Shown: one piece after another, positions 50,679-60,118 of the stretch
How positions within the stretch are numbered: position 1 is the first letter of the stretch
Layout: every line of letters begins with the position of its first letter
Source of the DNA: an uncultured Chloroflexia bacterium
GTDB taxonomy: Bacteria; Chloroflexota; Chloroflexia; QHBQ01; JADMIH01
DNA: 64,000 bases
Assembly (NCBI GenBank): GCA_963797095.1
Contig: CAWCNY010000003.1
Coordinates: 608,001-672,000 of the forward strand
Reading direction: 5' to 3'
Notes under the pieces: model-generated
The model's input: only the letters and a program-made list of their open reading frames with translations
What the model was told of the DNA's origin: nothing
Database searches by the model: none
Position numbers and translations under genes: made by a program

Positions 50679-50755
50679 GGTAGTCGGTAGTCGGTAGTCG
50701 GTAGTCGGAAGACGATTACAGTTCCAAATTCCAAATCCCGACTACCGACCACCGA
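50679..50755. repeat. (GGTAGTC)4 microsatellite with inverted partner arm
   Basis: 50691-50708 pairs with CCGACTACCGACCACCGA (50738-50755) with 1 mismatch; the loop contains (TTCCAAA)2. Confidence 0.88.
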
Positions 50756-50773
50756 AAAAGCGAGTACGAACCA

Positions 50774-52513
50774 ATGGATCAAGAGACCGAAACAATAACA
50801 GAAGCGACGCCCCAGGATGCACCTGCTCCCACCAAGCGCCGCAGTCGCACGCAAGCTCCCGATACCCAGGCTCCCCCCGCACCCCGGGAGCCTGAGTCAA
50901 GTCTGAAGGTAGCGCGCGGTCTCTCCTGGGTTCGCTTCATCTATCCTTTCTCTTTCGAGGCCAAAGATTTCGATAGCCACGTCAAGATCATCAATGATGG
51001 CGTGCTTGATGAGACCTCCGAAAGTACAGAAAGCGAGCTGGACAACGGCTGGACTCTGGTGAGTTGGCGCTCGTCCAAAGGCGAGGCCGACGATGTCGGA
51101 GGCGACCTGCTCCCTCACGTCTCCCGCTTCTTAGGTGAGCCACAAGAAGTCTCACACGGCCCGGTGCCACCCAGGACCGCCTACATGTGGGCGCTCAATG
51201 ACAGCCATCTCGAACGCGTCCTGGGTGTGCAGGACGGCGTACGTTGGAGCCTCCGCCTCTGGAAAAAGAACATAAGGTTCGAGGTTGATGAGGTACAGCT
51301 TTCCATGTTCAGGCATGGCCTGGGCTTTCTCACCTTCTCAGCTAAACCAGTCGAGGAGAGTGCCAGGGAGGGTGCGCTGTCAACATGGCTCGATTTCATT
51401 TATGGCATGAGGTATCTCAGGGGTAAACCTTATACCAACGTCGGGGCGATAAAAGATCAGGTCACTGAGAATGGCGAAACACGAGCGCGCAGGTTCCCCG
51501 AGGGTACCGCATCAGCCCTCCCACCGGCCTGGGCCGAAGGTGGCGATATTTTCCTCAAGCTGATCTGCCCTCTCCTCCAGACTGCCACCATCCAGGACCC
51601 AATCTGGTGGGAAGAAGTTTTCGTGCCCGGCCAGCTGATCCCCTACGTTGCCCTCTTCGTAGACCGCAAACCCAAGAACGGCCCTCTGCCCGAGGCCGAG
51701 CTCTTCGACCTCATCTACAGGTTGCGCAACGTGGTCGCCGACCGCCAGCACATCAGCATGAGCGTCCTCGACAGGACCTTCGACCACCCTGACCTTCTCC
51801 CCTACGCCGACTATATGTGGTTCTACTTCTCGCTCGCCGCCGGTGGCTTCCTGGCCTACAACGCCCCCACCACCGGACCCTACCGCTCCACTATGCCCAA
51901 AAGATACTTGAAGGACGAATACTTCCTTGCCTTCCTGCTCACCCTCCAACAGCGGTTCGTGCTGGGCGTGATAACTAATCAGATCGCCGAGCACTGGCTT
52001 CCAAGTGGAGACGCCGACCGCGCAGACCACAAAGGCTGGAGAAAACAGCTAAGTCGATTAAGCAATATAGACGACCGTCGCAGCACCCAGTTCGACGACC
52101 TACTCGAAGGGTTTCTGATGTTCTCCGCCAGGGGCCACTTCGCTCAACTGATGCAGGGTGAGCATCACCAGCTCTACTACAAGAAGTGGCAGGATAAGTT
52201 CCAGATCAAAGAGCTATTCGAGGAGGTCAAGAACGAACTGGAGGGCATGCACAACTACCTGGAAATGGTGGTACAGGAGCGCGTCGATTTCGTGCTCCAC
52301 GTGCTAACCGCCCTATCCATCATCCTCGGAGTGATAGGCACTATAGCGGGTTGGTGGGCACTCAACCTCGACAACATCTCCACCACTCTCGCCAAGTGGG
52401 GCTGGCCGAACTGGATAGTATGGTTCTCCTTCCTGCTGATCGTGCCTCTGCTCGCACTTGGTATCTTTTTCTTCTCCCGAATGGGTTGGTTCGCCCCGCG
52501 CCGCCGCAAATAA
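50774..52513 (+). CDS. Hypothetical protein with CorA-like helical region and two C-terminal TM helices
   Basis: Large soluble N-domain; LQQRFVL...QLYYKKWQDKFQIKELFEEVKNELEGMHNYLE coil; TM1 ends WWALN (the GMN position); TM2 followed by a basic RRRK tail. Confidence 0.6.
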   Translation: MDQETETITEATPQDAPAPTKRRSRTQAPDTQAPPAPREPESSLKVARGLSWVRFIYPFSFEAKDFDSHVKIINDGVLDETSESTESELDNGWTLVSWRSSKGEADDVGGDLLPHVSRFLGEPQEVSHGPVPPRTAYMWALNDSHLERVLGVQDGVRWSLRLWKKNIRFEVDEVQLSMFRHGLGFLTFSAKPVEESAREGALSTWLDFIYGMRYLRGKPYTNVGAIKDQVTENGETRARRFPEGTASALPPAWAEGGDIFLKLICPLLQTATIQDPIWWEEVFVPGQLIPYVALFVDRKPKNGPLPEAELFDLIYRLRNVVADRQHISMSVLDRTFDHPDLLPYADYMWFYFSLAAGGFLAYNAPTTGPYRSTMPKRYLKDEYFLAFLLTLQQRFVLGVITNQIAEHWLPSGDADRADHKGWRKQLSRLSNIDDRRSTQFDDLLEGFLMFSARGHFAQLMQGEHHQLYYKKWQDKFQIKELFEEVKNELEGMHNYLEMVVQERVDFVLHVLTALSIILGVIGTIAGWWALNLDNISTTLAKWGWPNWIVWFSFLLIVPLLALGIFFFSRMGWFAPRRRK

Positions 52514-52566
52514 TCCGCTCCTACCCTTTCCGTTCTTTCCGAATATCTTGAAGAAGCACACATAAC

Positions 52567-53694
52567 ATGACCACCACCCAACCTAAACCACGCGCCCGCG
52601 ACCTCGGCGTCCCTTTGGAGGGCACGCCCGGCCCCCTCAACGCTATCACAGACGTGCCCGGCGTCGAAGTCGGCCATACCACCCTCATCAGCGGAGATGG
52701 CCCTCTGCAAGTTGGCACAGGCCCCATCCGCACAGGTGTCACCGCCATCCTGCCGCGAGGCAAACAGTCCGCCGATCCGGTCTTCGCGGGCTGGTTCTCC
52801 CTCAACGGCAACGGCGAAATGACAGGCACTACCTGGGTGGAAGAATCGGGCTTCCTCGAAGGTCCCGTCACGATCACCAACACCCACAGCGTCGGCATCG
52901 TGCGCGACGCCGTGATCGCCTGGAAGATCAAGTCTCTCCAGGTCTCCGTCCTCAACTCGTTCGGCGACGATTTCTGGTCCCTCCCGGTGGTCGCCGAGAC
53001 CTACGACGGCTTTCTCAACGACATCAACGGGTTCCACGTAAAACAGGAGCACGTATTCGCTGCCCTCGACAATGCCCAACCCGGCCCCGTCCCCGAAGGC
53101 AACGTGGGTGGCGGCACAGGCATGATCTGCTATGGCTTCAAAGGAGGCATAGGCACATCCTCCCGCGTCTTGCCTCCCGATTCGGGAGGCTACACCCTGG
53201 GCGTCCTGGCCCAGTGCAACTTCGGGCGCAGACCCCACCTCACCATTGCAGGCGCTCCAGTCGGCAAAGAGATCCCCGGCGACCTCCCCGGCCCTGCCGA
53301 ACAGAGTGCGGCCTCAGGCGATGCAGGCTCCGTGATCGTCGTGCTAGCCACCGATGCCCCAATCTTACCACACCAGCTAAAACGCCTGGCCCGCCGCGTG
53401 AGCATGGGCCTGGCCCGCACCGGCAGCGTGGCCGCCAATAGCTCCGGCGACATCTTCATCGCCTTCTCCACCGCCAACCCTGGCGCCACAAATACCCCTA
53501 TAACCCACCTCGAAATGCTCGACAACAACTCTATGACCTCTCTCTTCGACACCACTATCCAGGCCACCGAAGAAGCCGTAATCAACGCCCTGGTCGCCGC
53601 CCAAACGATGACAGGCCGCGACAACCACCGCGTGGTCGCCCTCCCGCACGACAGATTGCAGGAAGTATTGAGAAGATACAACAGGCTCCCCTGA
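52567..53694 (+). CDS. DmpA-like aminopeptidase (peptidase S58/P1 family)
   Basis: PRARDLG, NAITDVPGVEVGH, NGNGEMTG, PVVAETYDG, EGNVGGGTGM, GSVIVVLATDAP, SGDIF. Confidence 0.93.
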   Translation: MTTTQPKPRARDLGVPLEGTPGPLNAITDVPGVEVGHTTLISGDGPLQVGTGPIRTGVTAILPRGKQSADPVFAGWFSLNGNGEMTGTTWVEESGFLEGPVTITNTHSVGIVRDAVIAWKIKSLQVSVLNSFGDDFWSLPVVAETYDGFLNDINGFHVKQEHVFAALDNAQPGPVPEGNVGGGTGMICYGFKGGIGTSSRVLPPDSGGYTLGVLAQCNFGRRPHLTIAGAPVGKEIPGDLPGPAEQSAASGDAGSVIVVLATDAPILPHQLKRLARRVSMGLARTGSVAANSSGDIFIAFSTANPGATNTPITHLEMLDNNSMTSLFDTTIQATEEAVINALVAAQTMTGRDNHRVVALPHDRLQEVLRRYNRLP

Positions 53695-53695
53695 T

Positions 53696-56149
53696 ATGGC
53701 AGCACCAACCGGCACACAAACCCACGTCTTCGGCATACGCCACCACGGCCCAGGCTCGGCCCGCAGCCTCCTGCGCGCCCTCAACGAGCTACAGCCTGAC
53801 TGCCTACTCGTCGAAGGCCCGCCCGACGCCGAGTCTGTCCTCTCCCTGGCCGCCCACCCCCAGATGAAGCCCCCCGTGGCCCTCCTGATCTACCGCCCCG
53901 ACGAGCCGCGCCAGGCCGCCTACTATCCCTTCGCCATCTTCTCCCCCGAATGGCAGGCCATCACCTACGCCCTCCAATACAAAATCCCCCTCCGCTTCAT
54001 GGACCTCCCCCAATCCACAAGGCTCGCGATAACAGGCGAAGAACAACCAACCAACGCCGAATCCAACTCCAAAGAGAGTCAAAACACAGAAGACGAACCC
54101 ACCGACCAGCAATCCGCAATCCAAAATCCAAAATCCGCAATCCGAACTGACCCACTGGGTTGGATTGCCCAGGCCGCAGGCTTCAGCGACGGCGAGCGCT
54201 GGTGGGAGCACATGGTCGAGCACCGACGCGACGGCACCAACCTCTTCACAGCCATCCTCGAAATGATGACAGCCCTTCGACAAGCCGCTGACGAGGACGA
54301 ACGACCACCGACCAATGACCAAAGCAATAACCAACAACCAAAGACTGATAATTCCGCACTCCGCACTCCGCACTCCGCACTGGAAGCGCAGCGCGAGGCC
54401 TTCATGCGCACCACCGTCCGGCGCGCCCAATCCGAGGGTTTGCAGCGCATCGCCGTCGTGTGCGGCGCATGGCACGCCCCTGTCCTCGCCAGCATGCCCC
54501 ACACCGAGCACGAGGACGCCGCCACCCTCAAGGGCCTCCCCACAACCAGAGTCCAGGCCACCTGGGTCCCCTGGACACATGGTCGCCTCTCCTACTACAC
54601 AGGCTACGGCGCAGGCATCGAATCCCCAGGGTGGTACCACCACCTCTGGTCCACAGCCGACTCCCCCGCCGAGGATGTCACCATCCGGTGGCTCTCCCGC
54701 GTCGCCTCCCTCCTGCGCGAGCAAGACCTCGACGCCTCCACCGCCCATGTGATCGAATCTGTGCGCCTCGCCGAAGGCCTCGCCACCCTGCGCGAGCGCC
54801 CCCTCCCCGGCCTCCCCGAACTGAACGAGGCTACCCTCTCCGTCCTCCTCTCCGGCGACAACCTCCCCATGCGCCTGATCCACGACAAACTCATAGTCGG
54901 CGAGACACTTGGCGAGGTGCCCGACGACACTCCGTCCGTACCTCTCCAGGGCGACCTCCAGCGCGAGCAGCGCCGCCTCCGTCTTCCGCCCGAAGCCTCC
55001 GCCCGCACCCTCGATCTGGACCTCCGCAACACCACCGGCCTCGCCCGCAGCCACCTGCTCCATCGTCTAGCCATCCTCGAAGTGCCCTGGGGGCAGCTTC
55101 AGCGCACCTCAGGCCGCACCAAAGGCACCTTCCACGAGCTATGGCAGCTACAGTGGCAGCCTGAGCTTGCAGTCTCCCTCATAGAAGCGGGCATCTGGGG
55201 CAACTCCATCCTCGACGCCTCCACCAGCCGCGTCAACCACGACGCGGCCGAGGCCACCGATCTCCCCACCCTCACCTCGCTGGCCGACCGCGCTCTCCTG
55301 GCCGACCTCCCCGCCGCCGTCGGCCCCATTATGGACCGCGTCCAGGCCGAGGCCGCCGTCTCCACCCACATTAACCACCTGATGGACGCCCTCCCACCTC
55401 TCGCCAACATCGTCCGCTACGGCAACGTGCGCGGCACCGATGCAGGCATGGTCTCGCACGTAACAGATGGCCTCGTTACCCGCATCACCATCGGCCTCCC
55501 CGGTGCCTGCTCCTCCCTCAACGACGATGCCGCCGAAGAGATGTATAACCGCCTCCTCTCCGTACACAGCGCCATCACCCTGCTCTCCAACAACGACTAC
55601 ACAAGAAGCTGGCACAACGCCCTCTCCAAACTTTCCGATCAGGCAGGCGTGCATGGCCTCGTCTCAGGCCGCGCCACCCGCATCCTGATGGACTCCACCG
55701 TCTTCACCCCCGAAGAATCGGCCCGCCGCATGGGCCTCGCCCTCTCCCGCGCCGCCAATCCGCCCGCCGCTGCCGCCTGGGTCGAAGGCTTCCTCAAAGG
55801 CAGCGGCATGGCCCTCCTCCACGACGACACTCTCTGGAACGTGCTCGACACCTGGGTCACCACCCTCAACTCCGAAACCTTCACCGCCCTCCTGCCCCTC
55901 CTGCGCCGCACCTTCTCAACCTTCCCAGCCCCCGAACGCCGCCAGATGGGCCAGCGCGCCGCCCGTGGCCTCTCCGCCACCCGTTCCACTCAACCCACCC
56001 AATCTACATCTCCCAACTTCGACAAAGAAAGAGCAGAGGCCATACTGCCCCTGCTCTCCCAACTCCTCGGCCTCACTTCAACACAGCAACCACCGGAAGA
56101 ACACGAAGACACGAAGAAACGAGATAGACATGAAGCCAAACCAAATTAG
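53696..56149 (+). CDS. DUF5682 family protein (YehM-like)
   Basis: GIRHHGPGSA, VEGP, YPFAIFSPEW, REAFM, VVCGAWH, GYGAG..SP.WY, FHELW.L.W.PE, LPLLRRTF. Confidence 0.88.
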   Translation: MAAPTGTQTHVFGIRHHGPGSARSLLRALNELQPDCLLVEGPPDAESVLSLAAHPQMKPPVALLIYRPDEPRQAAYYPFAIFSPEWQAITYALQYKIPLRFMDLPQSTRLAITGEEQPTNAESNSKESQNTEDEPTDQQSAIQNPKSAIRTDPLGWIAQAAGFSDGERWWEHMVEHRRDGTNLFTAILEMMTALRQAADEDERPPTNDQSNNQQPKTDNSALRTPHSALEAQREAFMRTTVRRAQSEGLQRIAVVCGAWHAPVLASMPHTEHEDAATLKGLPTTRVQATWVPWTHGRLSYYTGYGAGIESPGWYHHLWSTADSPAEDVTIRWLSRVASLLREQDLDASTAHVIESVRLAEGLATLRERPLPGLPELNEATLSVLLSGDNLPMRLIHDKLIVGETLGEVPDDTPSVPLQGDLQREQRRLRLPPEASARTLDLDLRNTTGLARSHLLHRLAILEVPWGQLQRTSGRTKGTFHELWQLQWQPELAVSLIEAGIWGNSILDASTSRVNHDAAEATDLPTLTSLADRALLADLPAAVGPIMDRVQAEAAVSTHINHLMDALPPLANIVRYGNVRGTDAGMVSHVTDGLVTRITIGLPGACSSLNDDAAEEMYNRLLSVHSAITLLSNNDYTRSWHNALSKLSDQAGVHGLVSGRATRILMDSTVFTPEESARRMGLALSRAANPPAAAAWVEGFLKGSGMALLHDDTLWNVLDTWVTTLNSETFTALLPLLRRTFSTFPAPERRQMGQRAARGLSATRSTQPTQSTSPNFDKERAEAILPLLSQLLGLTSTQQPPEEHEDTKKRDRHEAKPN

Positions 56150-56317
56150 CCCGATCCAATACCAGGTACTTACAGCGCCTGTACACCGAAATTTACCTGC
56201 AAATTAACATCGAGGAAGTATGCTAAGGTCGGTCTTTCTCGCCACAAATATTGACCTCCTTCCAACAACTTGACACGGCGAAGACCATGCAAATCCACAC
56301 TGAAAAGGAGGAACAGC

Positions 56318-57271
56318 ATGAAAACCACATGCCTTATGCATACACGACCCACCAGCCTTATCTGCTTCCTTGTGAGTATCGCCATCCTTATGCTGGCATT
56401 TATACCCACGGCACCTGCCCAGGCAGCTACCAAAAAGCAGGTAAACTACAACGGCGTCACCTTCAGCTACGACACATCGCTTGCCGGAAGCGTGACCGCC
56501 GAAACTGTGCCTGAGCAAATCGCCGACCCCAACACCTCAGGCTGGTGGGAATCCCATCCCGAATACATCAAATTCACCTTCAGCGGCTTTCCCACCAGCA
56601 ACCGTTACTGGGAGCCGGCAGTCTATGTCTTCCCGATCAAGAGCAGCTACCAATATCTGAACCCAGGCCAGGATCACGACCTTTGGCGAGGCATGATGGA
56701 CTCTACTCAAACGATTGTTTCCCAGAAGCATAAGCTCGACCCCTACGGCTACGCAACCGTATCCAGCCCCATCGAACAGGTACCGTTTCTGCCTCTCATA
56801 AACGCAGCTACTCCGTTCGTCGGGGGGCAGCAGTTCCTTAGCTTCCAGAACGGCACAGGCTTCCGTTGCTTCACAGCAATCGGCCAGGAGTATGAACCGG
56901 TAACCGCCGAGTACACGATCTACACCTACCAGGGCACTTCCACCGACGGCAAATACTACGTGGCGGCCACTTTCCCGGCCTTTCTATCCAACCCACCACT
57001 CCCGTTCGATCCGGCATCACCGCCTGATGTAGTAGCTTATAACAGGGTCACAATCCAAGCCATCGAAGAATCGAGCAGCAGCCAGTTCACCCCCGACCTC
57101 AACAAACTGGATTCCGTAATAGCTTCGCTGACAACCCCAGCATCCGGCCCCAGCACACCGGGTATGCCCATCACAGGCAACCCCGACAACCCGCTGCCAA
57201 CCCTCGCCCTCCTGACCGCGCTCCTTACACTAACAGCAGGTATCCTGCTCCGAAAGACCAAACAAACATAA
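56318..57271 (+). CDS. Secreted protein with C-terminal PGMPITG-TM-basic sorting-like signal
   Basis: Signal peptide ending APAQA; C-terminus PGMPITG + hydrophobic helix + RKTK; AAGGAGG RBS. Confidence 0.8.
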   Translation: MKTTCLMHTRPTSLICFLVSIAILMLAFIPTAPAQAATKKQVNYNGVTFSYDTSLAGSVTAETVPEQIADPNTSGWWESHPEYIKFTFSGFPTSNRYWEPAVYVFPIKSSYQYLNPGQDHDLWRGMMDSTQTIVSQKHKLDPYGYATVSSPIEQVPFLPLINAATPFVGGQQFLSFQNGTGFRCFTAIGQEYEPVTAEYTIYTYQGTSTDGKYYVAATFPAFLSNPPLPFDPASPPDVVAYNRVTIQAIEESSSSQFTPDLNKLDSVIASLTTPASGPSTPGMPITGNPDNPLPTLALLTALLTLTAGILLRKTKQT

Positions 57272-57329
57272 CCCTTCGTGCCCTTCGTACTCCTTCGCTT
57301 CTTCGTGTACAAGAACCAAAACACCAACC

Positions 57330-58514
57330 ATGACCACACCCCAATCCAACGAAAAACTCCGCAGATGGCGCTTGATCCTCGGAGGCGACCAGGCCGACGG
57401 CACGGGCATCTCCCTTTCAGGTCCCGATATCCGCATAGACAACGCCCTCTCCGCCCTCTACGGTGGCGACGATGGCACAGGCGACAGCAGCGGCAAGGGC
57501 GGGCGCACCGGCGGTCTCGGGTCGTCCGCCCCCGGCGTCTCGCGCTGGCTAGGCGACATCCGCACCTACTTCCCAACCTCTGTGGTGCGTGTCATGCAAA
57601 AAGACGCCTTAGAACGCCTCGATCTCAAGCGGATGCTCCTCGAACCCGAAATGCTCGAATCGGTCGAGCCGGATGTGAACCTCGTCGCCACCCTCATCTC
57701 ACTCAAGAGCATCATCCCCGCCAAAACCAAAGACACCGCCCGCCTGGTGGTGCGCAAAGTAGTCGAAGAACTCGAGCGCCGCCTGGCAAACAACACCCGC
57801 CAGGCCATCATAGGCAGCCTCAACCGAGCACAGCGCAACCGCAATCCCCGCCATAACGAAATCGACTGGAACCGCACCATCCGAGCCAACCTGCGCAACT
57901 ACCAGCCCCGCTACCGCACCATCATCCCCGAAGTACGCTGGGGCTGGGGCCGCAAGTCTCGCTCCCAGTTGCGCGAGATCATCCTCTGCGTCGACCAGTC
58001 AGGCTCTATGGCTTCCTCGGTCGTCTACTCCAGCATCTTCGCCGCTGTCCTCGCCTCCATCCAGGCAGTTCGCACCTCCCTGGTCGTCTTCGACACCGCC
58101 GTGGTAGATCTCACCCCCGATCTACAGGACCCCGTAGACGTCCTTTTCGGCACCCAGCTGGGCGGCGGCACCGACATAAACCAGGCGCTCGCCTACTGCC
58201 AGTCCCTCATCCGCCAGCCTAACGACACCATCCTGGTTCTGATCAGCGACCTCTACGAAGGCGGCAACCGCCAGGAGATGATCAAGCGCGCCGCCTCCCT
58301 CGCAGGCTCCGGCGTGCAAATGATCTCCCTCCTCGCCCTCAGCGACGAAGGCTCACCCTCCTACGACAACAGCGTATCCTCGGCCTTCGCCGAACTTGGG
58401 ATCCCCGCCTTCGCCTGCACCCCCGACCTCTTTCCCGATCTCATGGCCGCCGCCATCAATCACCAGGACATCACCCAGTGGGCCGCTGCACGCGAGGTGG
58501 TCGTGCGCAAATAG
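57330..58514 (+). CDS. VWA domain protein (CoxE/YehP-like)
   Basis: RRWRLILG, IDWNRTIRANL, MIDAS DQSGSM, GGGTDI, ISDLYEG. Confidence 0.92.
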   Translation: MTTPQSNEKLRRWRLILGGDQADGTGISLSGPDIRIDNALSALYGGDDGTGDSSGKGGRTGGLGSSAPGVSRWLGDIRTYFPTSVVRVMQKDALERLDLKRMLLEPEMLESVEPDVNLVATLISLKSIIPAKTKDTARLVVRKVVEELERRLANNTRQAIIGSLNRAQRNRNPRHNEIDWNRTIRANLRNYQPRYRTIIPEVRWGWGRKSRSQLREIILCVDQSGSMASSVVYSSIFAAVLASIQAVRTSLVVFDTAVVDLTPDLQDPVDVLFGTQLGGGTDINQALAYCQSLIRQPNDTILVLISDLYEGGNRQEMIKRAASLAGSGVQMISLLALSDEGSPSYDNSVSSAFAELGIPAFACTPDLFPDLMAAAINHQDITQWAAAREVVVRK

Positions 58515-58545
58515 CCGCTCCGCGTGCGGCGATCCATATCGGCGA

Positions 58546-58911
58546 TCAAGCCTTCTCTTTCGCAGCCTCGCTCCTGTACCACGCAACCAGGGCGGCTCGG
58601 CTTATACACACAATCTGGTGCCCTATCCGCTTCGCCTTCAGTTCCCCACGCCAGATGGCATGCATAATAACCTCAAGGCTGGTGCCGAGCATCAGCGCCA
58701 CCTCTTCCGGCGTGTACTCCTCTTTCAACAGGTCCACGTGTGCGTGGTCGTGCGCGTGATGGTGCTCGTGGACCTCCAGGCGCACCCGTTCTACTGCCTC
58801 GTCGGTCGTCTTGAACACCGGGCCGTGGGTGGCCTCCATGTCGCTCCTTGTCAATTCGGCAGGTGCCAGCCCATAGATCTCCATGAGCGCATCATGATTC
58901 TTTGCAGACAT
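58546..58911 (-). CDS. Excisionase-like (HTH_17) DNA-binding protein with His-rich segment
   Basis: YTPEEVALMLG...IWRGELKAKRIG...ISRAALVAW preceded by HEHHHAHDHAH; AAAGGGAGG RBS. Confidence 0.75.
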   Translation of the reverse strand: MSAKNHDALMEIYGLAPAELTRSDMEATHGPVFKTTDEAVERVRLEVHEHHHAHDHAHVDLLKEEYTPEEVALMLGTSLEVIMHAIWRGELKAKRIGHQIVCISRAALVAWYRSEAAKEKA

Positions 58912-58932
58912 GGCGTTACCCTCCCTTTCACC

Positions 58933-59799
58933 TTAGCCCGCCGACAATATATCTCTTACCCGTATGTACGGCGGGACATAATGCTCGGACAACGAGCTTC
59001 GCACCAGGGGGTCTCCTAGCTTCTCAGCCGCCAGCGCGGCGAATTCCGCCCCCCGCTTCAGCGCATTCGAATCGAAGAAGTCCCACCCAAGCGCCACAAG
59101 TTGGCCCTCGTTTGACCTGATAAACTTCGGAAGCACGAACCGCTCGTAACAGTTGCCCCCTCCCACTTCATAAACCACCGACTTCGCGTATGGGTCAACC
59201 AGGTCGTGCGTATCCGTCCTGTATATTTCCGCAGCCGAATAGGGGTGCCCGGCAACCAGCACCGTCGGCGCGATATGGTGCAGTCTGTTCGTGATAGCCG
59301 CCATGAAATCGTGCACATCGAACAGGATGTTGCGGTCCTCGATCGCTTGCAGCCCCCGATGCGCTACATGACCGCTCCGCAATACAGACATCATCCTCCC
59401 TACATAGCCATCGTACCCGTGCGCGGCATCTAACCCTTTCAGGTAAATGGCGGCTTGCCGGGCCACATCGTTGGCAATTTCCTCAGGGGTAAGCCCCGTG
59501 CCAACATAATACGGAGCATACATCGCGAACCCCGCAGGCACCGCCCCGGCACGCTCGTCCTGTGGCGTAGGGAGCTTGAAAACAGGATTGTCGATGCTGG
59601 TTGTGAACGCCGCCGCTAACCCTGCGGTCAGATAGCCAGGCTCAACCTCCGACGGAAGCGCCAGGCTAATCACATCGCTGAATGGAACCACCCGCTCAAA
59701 CTCCTCGGTAGGATACAGCTTGCTGTTAGTTCCTTGCGGCCTCACTTGCTCCTGAAAGCCGGTATCCTTCGCCTCTTCTTCCAAAGCTGATGCACACAT
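58933..59799 (-). CDS. Hypothetical protein
   Basis: Protein-like ORF with no motif I recognise; start uncertain (open to 59937; ATG 59799 has a purine-rich RBS). Confidence 0.55.
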   Translation of the reverse strand: MCASALEEEAKDTGFQEQVRPQGTNSKLYPTEEFERVVPFSDVISLALPSEVEPGYLTAGLAAAFTTSIDNPVFKLPTPQDERAGAVPAGFAMYAPYYVGTGLTPEEIANDVARQAAIYLKGLDAAHGYDGYVGRMMSVLRSGHVAHRGLQAIEDRNILFDVHDFMAAITNRLHHIAPTVLVAGHPYSAAEIYRTDTHDLVDPYAKSVVYEVGGGNCYERFVLPKFIRSNEGQLVALGWDFFDSNALKRGAEFAALAAEKLGDPLVRSSLSEHYVPPYIRVRDILSAG

Positions 59800-60118
59800 A
59801 ATTGCTACTTCCCTTCCGATTTTCGCTCTGTAGGAAGCTCCGCATTCTGGCTCTGTCCTTCGAAACAAATGACCTGCTACCTCCAGTGCGGATCCCCTCG
59901 ATCCTACTGTAGCACCGCCAGGTAGAAGAACTGGCAAACATAGGTTGCAATCCAGTAACAGATCGCAACCAATCCAATCCTGCGCTATTCACATCTCCGA
60001 GATCATCTCTCGTCCGCCGGTATTTACCTCTCTTTCACCTGCGTATACCCCCATTCATCACCTCAATGCTCTATCCTATTAGTTGGAAAACACCCACGAA
60101 TTCACCAAGGAGAATCAG

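Noticed and set aside
58546-58911. Prophage or ICE inferred from the excisionase-like HTH
   Set aside because: No integrase, phage or conjugation genes, or att sites nearby.
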